DNA of 64,000 bases from an uncultured Candidatus Binatia bacterium. GTDB lineage: Bacteria > Desulfobacterota > Binatia > UBA9968 > JAJDTQ01. The position numbers and the translations under genes are program-made. The stretch lies in the NCBI GenBank assembly GCA_965215605.1, contig OZ244070.1:864001-928000 (forward strand), given 5' to 3'. The notes beneath the pieces were generated by a model that was given only the letters and a program-made list of their open reading frames with translations, made no database searches and was not told where the DNA came from. Positions 57,786-64,000 of this stretch are shown here, piece after piece. How positions within the stretch are numbered: position 1 is the first letter of the stretch; each line of letters starts with the position of its first letter.

Positions 57786-59009
57786 TTACACCAGCCCGAC
57801 CGGGACGGCATTGACAGAGTCGTCCAAGGGGACCGGCTGATCACTGAGACACACGACCGCCCCCTCGCCCACCGGTATGTCCAGCCGCCGTAGAGCAGCG
57901 AAGGCGGGCAACCAGGATCTCCTGGGCGAAGCTGATTTCTTGATCTCGACCGGATACAGGGTCCCATCGGCGACGAACAGCAGGTCCACCTCCCTGCCGT
58001 CCTTGTCGCGGTAGTAATATAACTGCGGCCTTCTCCCCCTGTGCCACCAGCTCTTCAGGATCTCGGCCACCACGTGGGTCTCGAAGATGGCTCCCGACAT
58101 GGCTCCGGCCTCCAGGGTCTCGGGGGAAGTCCACTCCGTCAGATACGCGCACAAGCCGGTGTCGAGGAAGTACAGCTTCGGCCGTTTGACCAGACGTTTC
58201 GTGACGTTGGCATGATACGGCTGAAGCAGCTCGACCTGGAGGCTCGCCTGCAGGATCGAGAGCCAGTTTTTCGCGGTGTTGACGCTTACGTCGGCGTCGC
58301 GCGCCAGATCGGACAGATTGAGCATCTGAGCGGTTCGCGCCGCGCATGCCTTTAGAAAGCGGAGGAATGCCATTTCATTGCCGACCTGTGACAGGGCGCG
58401 GAGGTCTCGTTCAAGGTAAGTCTGCAAGTAGGAACTGTAGAACAACTCGCGGTCATGGATCGGGCCGGCAACCAGTCCGGGGAATCCACCAGTCCAGATA
58501 TCGCAGTACACCTCGTCGAGGCCGCTCGCGCGAAGCGCCGGTTGGCGCTCGGCCAGAATGGGCAGCGTCGGCAGAAAAGGAGATACCGCCGCATCGCGTT
58601 GATGTCGCTCGCGGGAGGAGAAGCCCAGCAGGTTGATGATCCCGACCCGACCCGCCAGGGACTCGGAAACGCCCCTCATGGCCTGGAACTGTTGCGACCC
58701 CGTCAGCCAAAACAGCCCCGGCTGGGGGCTGTCGTCCACGATCACCTTGATCAGCGGCAACAGTCCGGGAGCATACTGAATTTCGTCGATGAGCACCGGC
58801 GGCCCGTACCGCTGCAAGAAGAGCGCGGGATCGTCATTTGCCAGATCGCGCAGCACCGGATTGTCGAGGGAGACATAACGACGAGCGTCTTCCGCAACGT
58901 GCCGCAGAAGGGTAGTCTTCCCGACTTGGCGCGGGCCGGTCAGCAGCAGCACGGGGAATTGCCGCGAAACCTCCAGCCAGTACGATTCGAGAGTGCGTGC
59001 GTAGTACAT
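57786..59009 (-). CDS. AAA_14 ATPase with DUF4143 C-terminus
   Basis: GPRQVGKTT, IDEIQ, LTGSQ, KLYFLDTG, EVD...VEIK. Confidence 0.9.
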   Translation of the reverse strand: MYYARTLESYWLEVSRQFPVLLLTGPRQVGKTTLLRHVAEDARRYVSLDNPVLRDLANDDPALFLQRYGPPVLIDEIQYAPGLLPLIKVIVDDSPQPGLFWLTGSQQFQAMRGVSESLAGRVGIINLLGFSSRERHQRDAAVSPFLPTLPILAERQPALRASGLDEVYCDIWTGGFPGLVAGPIHDRELFYSSYLQTYLERDLRALSQVGNEMAFLRFLKACAARTAQMLNLSDLARDADVSVNTAKNWLSILQASLQVELLQPYHANVTKRLVKRPKLYFLDTGLCAYLTEWTSPETLEAGAMSGAIFETHVVAEILKSWWHRGRRPQLYYYRDKDGREVDLLFVADGTLYPVEIKKSASPRRSWLPAFAALRRLDIPVGEGAVVCLSDQPVPLDDSVNAVPVGLV

Positions 59010-59058
59010 CGGCCAGTTTGCAATCATACAGCAAAGTAGTCGCCAGAACTACACTCTT

Positions 59059-59108
59059 TGTTAGGGCAAAGCGAAAATGTCCCCTTTTCCACAAAGCGAA
59101 AATGTCCC
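59059..59108 (+). repeat. TGT-initiated tandem 17-bp repeat, possible orphan IS end
   Basis: CAAAGCGAAAATGTCCC at 59067 and 59092. Confidence 0.5.
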
Positions 59109-59257
59109 TTTCGGGCTACGGCCCCATTGGCTATTGACCGAACTGTCGATTCCGCGAACTCTGCGCCATCTGACCGGCCGGCGTTGGACCACCAAGCCGC
59201 CGCAGTGCTTGACCCCCTCCCCCGTATGGGCTGTATTGTGCCCACGGAGCGAACGAC

Positions 59258-61555
59258 ATGGCTGACGACTATCGCGTAATCGGCACGCCGGTCATACGTC
59301 CGGACGGCGCCGAGATGATCTCGGGGCAGGCGGTGTACGGGCCGGACGTGACCCAGCCGGGGATGCTGTGGGGCAAGATCCTCCGGAGCCCGCTGCCCCA
59401 CGCGAGGGTCCGGTCCATCGACGTGGAGAAGGCCCGGCAGCTTCCCGGCGTCACCGTGATCACGGCGCGGGACGTCCCGGACCGGCGCTACGGCTACGCC
59501 ATCGAGGACGAGCAGATCTTCGCGGTGGACAAGGTGCGCTACGTCGGCGAGCCGGTGGCCGCGGCCGCGGCGGCGGATGAGGAACGGGCGCTGGAGGCGC
59601 TTTCCCTTGTCGACGTGGACTACGAGGAGCTGCCGGCGGTCTTCACCGCCGCGGAGGCTTCGCGGGACGGCGCGCCCCTGGTCCACGAGGAGCTGGGGCC
59701 GGCCCGGTCGGTGTACCTGGCGTCGTGGAACCCGGTGCCGGGAACCAACATCATCCACCAGGCCTCCCACCATCGCGGCGACGTGGACGCGGCGCTGGCG
59801 AGGGCGGACTACGTGTTCGAGGACACGTTCCACGCCAGCCAGATCCATCACAGCTACATGGAGCCCCACGCCACCCTGGCGGCGGCCCGGGGCAACGCGG
59901 TGACGGTGTGGACCTGCAGCCAGGAGGTGTTCCAGCTCCGCACCCTGCTGGCCGGGCTGTTCGCCATTCCGGAAAGCCGCATGCGGGTGATCAACACCAA
60001 GGTGGGCGGCGGCTTCGGCGGCAAGATCGAGCCGCGGCTGGAGCCCGTGGCGGTGGCCCTGTCCATGCACAGCCGCAAGCCCGTGAAGATCGTCATGACC
60101 CGGGCGGAGGAGTTCACCGCCGCGGCCGGCTCGACCCCGGCCACGGTGACGGTCAAGACCGGGGTCACGAAGGACGGGACGCTGACGGCCCGGGACATCG
60201 ATTTCCTGTGGGACACCGGCGCCCACGCCGAAGGCCTGCCCCCCAGCAACCGCGCCATGAAGGACGGCAACGGCCCCTACCGCGTCCACGACCTGCGGAT
60301 TTCGTCCACCCTCGTCTACACCAACAAGATGCGCGGCACCCAGTTGCGCGGGCTGGGTGTGCCCGAGGGCGCCTTCGCCATCGAATCGCAAATGGACATG
60401 ATCGCCGAGCGCCTGGGCATGGATCCGCTGGAGCTGCGGCTCAAGAACATCCTCGAGGAAGGCGACATCAACTCCATCGACGACGTGGTGCGGAGCATCG
60501 GCCTCCGGGAGTGCCTCGAAAGCGTGGCCAGGGAAATAGGCTGGAACGAGCCCAGGCCCGCCAACGTGGGCCGGGGCCTTTCGGTCATCGCCAAGTCCCC
60601 CACCACCCATTCGAGCATCTCCAGCGCCTACGTCCAGTTCAACGAGGATGGCAGCGTGCAGGTGCTGGTGGGGGCCTCCGAAATCGGCCAGGGGATGTCC
60701 GTGGTCATGTGCCAGATCGCCGCCGAGGTGCTGGGGCTTCCGGTGGAGGCGGTGGGCATCGCCAGCGCGGACACCGGCACCACGCCCTACGACCGCGGCA
60801 CGTTCTCGAGCCGGGTGACCTTCTACACCGGCATGGCGGTGAAGCTCGCCGCGGAGGATGCGCGAAACCAGCTCCTGGAAGTGGCTTCCCGGATGGTGGA
60901 GATTCCCCAAGACGATCTCGCGGCGGCGGCGGAGCGCGTGGTGTCGCCCGCCCATCCGGAACTCTCGCTGCCGTTTCGCGAGGTCCTGGAACGGGCCCAC
61001 AGCTACGAACGGCCGATTCTGGGCCGGGGCACCTACGGCGGCAAGGGCGACTACCCGACACTGCCCCACAAGGCCCAGCGCAAGGAGTACGTGCCGGGGT
61101 GGAAGTACGCGGCCCAGGCCGTGGAGGCGGAGATCGACGAGGAGACCGGCATCGTCCGGGTCCGCCGCATCGCCTCGGCCCACGACGTGGGCAAGAGCCT
61201 GAACCCCGTGAGCGTCGACGGCCAGATCATCGGCGGCGTGGTCATGGGCCTGGGTTACGCCCTGCACGAACGGCTGCAGTTCGACCAGGGGCGGATCGTC
61301 AACCCCTCGTTCATGGACTACAAGATCCCGTCGAGCCAGGAGATCCCGGAAATAAAGCCCATCGCCGTGGAGGTGCCGCTGCCGGAAGGTCCGTTCGGCG
61401 CCAAGGGCATCGGCGAGCTGGCCATCGTCGGCATCGCGCCCGCCATCGGTAACGCCATCCACGAGGTCTTGGGCGTCAGGCTGAAGGAACTGCCGCTGCA
61501 TCCCGAACGGGTGCTGGACGCGGTGGAGAGTCAGCGGAAGGTCAACGGGCAGTGA
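59258..61555 (+). CDS. Xanthine/CO dehydrogenase family molybdopterin subunit
   Basis: GGGFGGK, GQIIGG, GAKGIGE. Confidence 0.93.
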   Translation: MADDYRVIGTPVIRPDGAEMISGQAVYGPDVTQPGMLWGKILRSPLPHARVRSIDVEKARQLPGVTVITARDVPDRRYGYAIEDEQIFAVDKVRYVGEPVAAAAAADEERALEALSLVDVDYEELPAVFTAAEASRDGAPLVHEELGPARSVYLASWNPVPGTNIIHQASHHRGDVDAALARADYVFEDTFHASQIHHSYMEPHATLAAARGNAVTVWTCSQEVFQLRTLLAGLFAIPESRMRVINTKVGGGFGGKIEPRLEPVAVALSMHSRKPVKIVMTRAEEFTAAAGSTPATVTVKTGVTKDGTLTARDIDFLWDTGAHAEGLPPSNRAMKDGNGPYRVHDLRISSTLVYTNKMRGTQLRGLGVPEGAFAIESQMDMIAERLGMDPLELRLKNILEEGDINSIDDVVRSIGLRECLESVAREIGWNEPRPANVGRGLSVIAKSPTTHSSISSAYVQFNEDGSVQVLVGASEIGQGMSVVMCQIAAEVLGLPVEAVGIASADTGTTPYDRGTFSSRVTFYTGMAVKLAAEDARNQLLEVASRMVEIPQDDLAAAAERVVSPAHPELSLPFREVLERAHSYERPILGRGTYGGKGDYPTLPHKAQRKEYVPGWKYAAQAVEAEIDEETGIVRVRRIASAHDVGKSLNPVSVDGQIIGGVVMGLGYALHERLQFDQGRIVNPSFMDYKIPSSQEIPEIKPIAVEVPLPEGPFGAKGIGELAIVGIAPAIGNAIHEVLGVRLKELPLHPERVLDAVESQRKVNGQ

Positions 61556-61565
61556 GAGATCGACC

Positions 61566-62450
61566 ATGGAATGCAAGCTGATCCGGCCCGCCGACCTGGA
61601 CAAGGCGCTGGCGGCGCGCGAACAGTACACGCACGACGCCCTGCCCATCGCCGGCGGGCAGTCGCTGCTGGTGATGATGCGGAACCGGCTGGTGGCGCCT
61701 GCGGCCTTGATCGACCTCGAGCCCATCGAGGCTCTTCGCGGCGTCGAGGTGAGTTCCGCCGGTATTTCCATCGGCGCCATGAGTACCTGCCGGCAGTTGA
61801 TCGCGTCGCCGGTGCTGGGCGAAGAGGTCGGCGTGCTGCCGGAAGCGGCCCGGCAGGTAAGCTCCAACGCAGTGCGGAACCTCGGCACCATCGGCGGCAA
61901 CGTGTGCCACAACGAGCCCGGCGCCGACCTGCCGCCTGCACTGCTGGCGCTGAACGCCCGCGCCGCGGTGCGGCGGCGCGCCGAGGCCCGTGAAGTGCCG
62001 CTGGCGGAGTTCTTCACGGGGTACTTCGAGACCGTGCTGGAGCCGGACGAGATCCTCTGCCGCATCGACATCGAACATCCGCCCGAGGGTGCGGCCGGGG
62101 TCTACCTGAAGCACGCCATCAGCCCCGAGGACCTGGCGATGGTGGGTGTCGCCGCCGTGGTGGTGCCGGACGGCAAGCAGACCGGCGGCGTGGCGGAGGT
62201 GCGCATCGGCATCGGCGGAGCGGCGCCGGTTCCGCTCCGGGCTGTCCGGACCGAGGCGGCACTCAAAGGCGCGGTGCTGAACCCGGAAACGGCCCGGGCG
62301 GCGGGAGAGACGGCCGCCACGGAAGTGGACCCCCCTTCGGACCCGCACGCCAGCGCCGATTACCGCCGCAAGATGGTGTCGGTCTTCGTCCGCCGGGCGC
62401 TGCTACAGGCGGCGCGCCAAATCGAGGAGAACGGCCATGGCGCTGCTTGA
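61566..62450 (+). CDS. Xanthine/CO dehydrogenase family FAD subunit
   Basis: AGGQSL, RNLGTIGGN. Confidence 0.92.
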   Translation: MECKLIRPADLDKALAAREQYTHDALPIAGGQSLLVMMRNRLVAPAALIDLEPIEALRGVEVSSAGISIGAMSTCRQLIASPVLGEEVGVLPEAARQVSSNAVRNLGTIGGNVCHNEPGADLPPALLALNARAAVRRRAEAREVPLAEFFTGYFETVLEPDEILCRIDIEHPPEGAAGVYLKHAISPEDLAMVGVAAVVVPDGKQTGGVAEVRIGIGGAAPVPLRAVRTEAALKGAVLNPETARAAGETAATEVDPPSDPHASADYRRKMVSVFVRRALLQAARQIEENGHGAA

Positions 62451-62898
62451 GCTCAAGGTCAACGGCCAAGAGGTCCAGGTGGAAGCACCGGACACCGCGC
62501 TCCTGCTGGACGTGTTGCGGGAACGGCTGGCCCTGACCGGCGCCAAGCGCGGCTGCGAAACCAGCCACTGCGGCTGCTGCACCGTGCGCGTGGACGGCAT
62601 GGCGGTCCACAGTTGCGTGGTGCTGGCCGCGCGCTGCGAGGGAAAAGAGATCGCCACCGTAGAGGGGTGCGGCGACGGCATGGAGCTCGACCGGCTCCAG
62701 CGGCTGTTCCTGGAACACGGCGCCGTCCAGTGCGGCTATTGCGGGCCGGGAATGCTCATGGCCGCACAGGCCCTGCTGGAACGGAATCCCGCCCCGACCC
62801 TGGACGAGGTGAAAAAGGGACTGGACGGCAATCTGTGCCGCTGCACGGGATACACTCCGATCTTCGACGCCATCCTGGCATACGGCCGCGGTGAGTAG
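62437..62898 (+). CDS. (2Fe-2S)-binding subunit
   Basis: GCETSHCGCC, QCGYC, NLCRCTGY. Confidence 0.95.
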   Translation: MALLELKVNGQEVQVEAPDTALLLDVLRERLALTGAKRGCETSHCGCCTVRVDGMAVHSCVVLAARCEGKEIATVEGCGDGMELDRLQRLFLEHGAVQCGYCGPGMLMAAQALLERNPAPTLDEVKKGLDGNLCRCTGYTPIFDAILAYGRGE

Positions 62899-64000
62899 CG
62901 CGTCACAGCACACCGCCCCCGCATCCAACAGAGCCCCCGTCGCCGTCGCCGGGGTGATGGTGGCGGTCTTTCTCTTCGCCATCGACGCCACCATCGTGAG
63001 CAGCGCCATGCCCACGGTGGTCTCCCAACTCGGCGGCCTCGACCTCTACAGTTGGGTTTTCTCCGTCTACATGCTCACCTCGGCATTGGCCACGCCGATC
63101 TTCGGCAAGCTCTCGGACCTCTACAGCCGGCGCACCCTGATTTTGCTCGCCATCGGCGCTTTCGTGGTGGGCTCGGTCGCTTGTGGCGCGGCCCAGAGCA
63201 TGACCCAGCTCATCGTGTTCCGCGCCGTGCAGGGCATGGGAGGCGGCGCGGTGTATGCCCTCGCGTTCATCATCGTGGGGGTGGTTTTCCCCGCCGAACA
63301 GCGCGCGCGGATGCAAGGGCTCATCGCCAGCGTGTGGGGCGTCGCCTCCGTGCTCGGCCCGGCCGGTGGCGGGTTCATCGCCGAGTACTGGGACTGGCGC
63401 TGGATCTTCTGGATCAATCTGCCCCTGGGAGTCGCCGCGGCCGGGCTCATCATCGCGGGTTTTCGGGAGCAGCGCGCCGAAGGCGCGCGCCGGTCGCTGG
63501 ATCTGGCGGGCGCCGCGATCCTTCTCTCCACCCTGATGCTGTTGTTTTACGGCCTTCTGGTAGCCGCCAACCAGGTCGATCTCATCACCGCGGAGTCCAT
63601 CGCCGTGGTGGTGGGGGTCGTGGTGCTGCTGGGGCTCTTCATCGCCATCGAGGGCAAGGCCAGGGATCCGCTGCTGCCCATGGCGCTGTTTCGGCTGCCG
63701 GACTACAGCCGCCCCGCCGCCCTCAGCCTGCTGGCGGCCATGGGCATCTTCGGGGTCATCGGGTTCCTGCCGTTGTACGTCCAGGGCGCCCTGGGCGGAA
63801 GCGCCACGCTGGCCGGCCTGACCCTGCTGCCCTTGAGCGTGGGTTGGACAGCCGGAAGCCTTATCGCCGGCCGGGTCGCTCCGGTATGGGGATACCGCAA
63901 CGTCTGCGCCACCGGTATGGCCCTGATGGTCACCGGCTACATCCCGTTCATGGCGCTGGAAGAGGCCGGCGGCATGATCGTCATGCTGATCGCGACCAGC
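62891..64000 (+). CDS. DHA2-type MFS transporter, runs off the window
   Basis: Manual translation from GTG 62891: FLFAIDATIVSSAMP, GKLSDLYSRR, WRWIFWINLP. Confidence 0.88.
   Translation, partial: MSSASQHTAPASNRAPVAVAGVMVAVFLFAIDATIVSSAMPTVVSQLGGLDLYSWVFSVYMLTSALATPIFGKLSDLYSRRTLILLAIGAFVVGSVACGAAQSMTQLIVFRAVQGMGGGAVYALAFIIVGVVFPAEQRARMQGLIASVWGVASVLGPAGGGFIAEYWDWRWIFWINLPLGVAAAGLIIAGFREQRAEGARRSLDLAGAAILLSTLMLLFYGLLVAANQVDLITAESIAVVVGVVVLLGLFIAIEGKARDPLLPMALFRLPDYSRPAALSLLAAMGIFGVIGFLPLYVQGALGGSATLAGLTLLPLSVGWTAGSLIAGRVAPVWGYRNVCATGMALMVTGYIPFMALEEAGGMIVMLIATS

Overview
High-GC bacterial DNA in two parts. About 1-44.3 kb is an ICE-like genomic island with three paralogous tyrosine integrases. 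About 44.4-64 kb is ordinary chromosome: glutamine amidotransferase, DMT, methyltransferase, TctABC, MFS transporters, hydrolases, topB, amidohydrolase, an AAA ATPase and a xanthine/CO-dehydrogenase-family operon. From left to right the island holds four blocks. (1) A lower-GC effector cluster: NADAR, two HEPN proteins, a secreted DARPin-like ankyrin protein and a trypsin-like protease. (2) An RHH accessory gene and a MOBF-type oriT, with an F-like nic at about 7502/7503 but no relaxase, coupling protein or T4SS in the window. (3) About 1.2 kb of strand-specific hairpin DNA, then a 20 kb leading-region gene train pointing toward oriT (SLOGs, DUF4326, Toprim, SSB, HNH-Excalibur, strawberry-notch MTase/helicase, RadC, GHKL ATPase, ParB, PAPS-reductase-like, small ORFs). 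(4) A defence hotspot: an unusual TIM-barrel + HTH/MbcA + RES operon, an IS110/IS1111 remnant, a Type IIG RM enzyme, HigBA and a CapH/CapP-regulated short type II CBASS. The best candidates for undescribed biology are the TIM-barrel/RES operon and the structured ssDNA leader next to oriT. All family calls come from reading motifs by eye; no searches were run.
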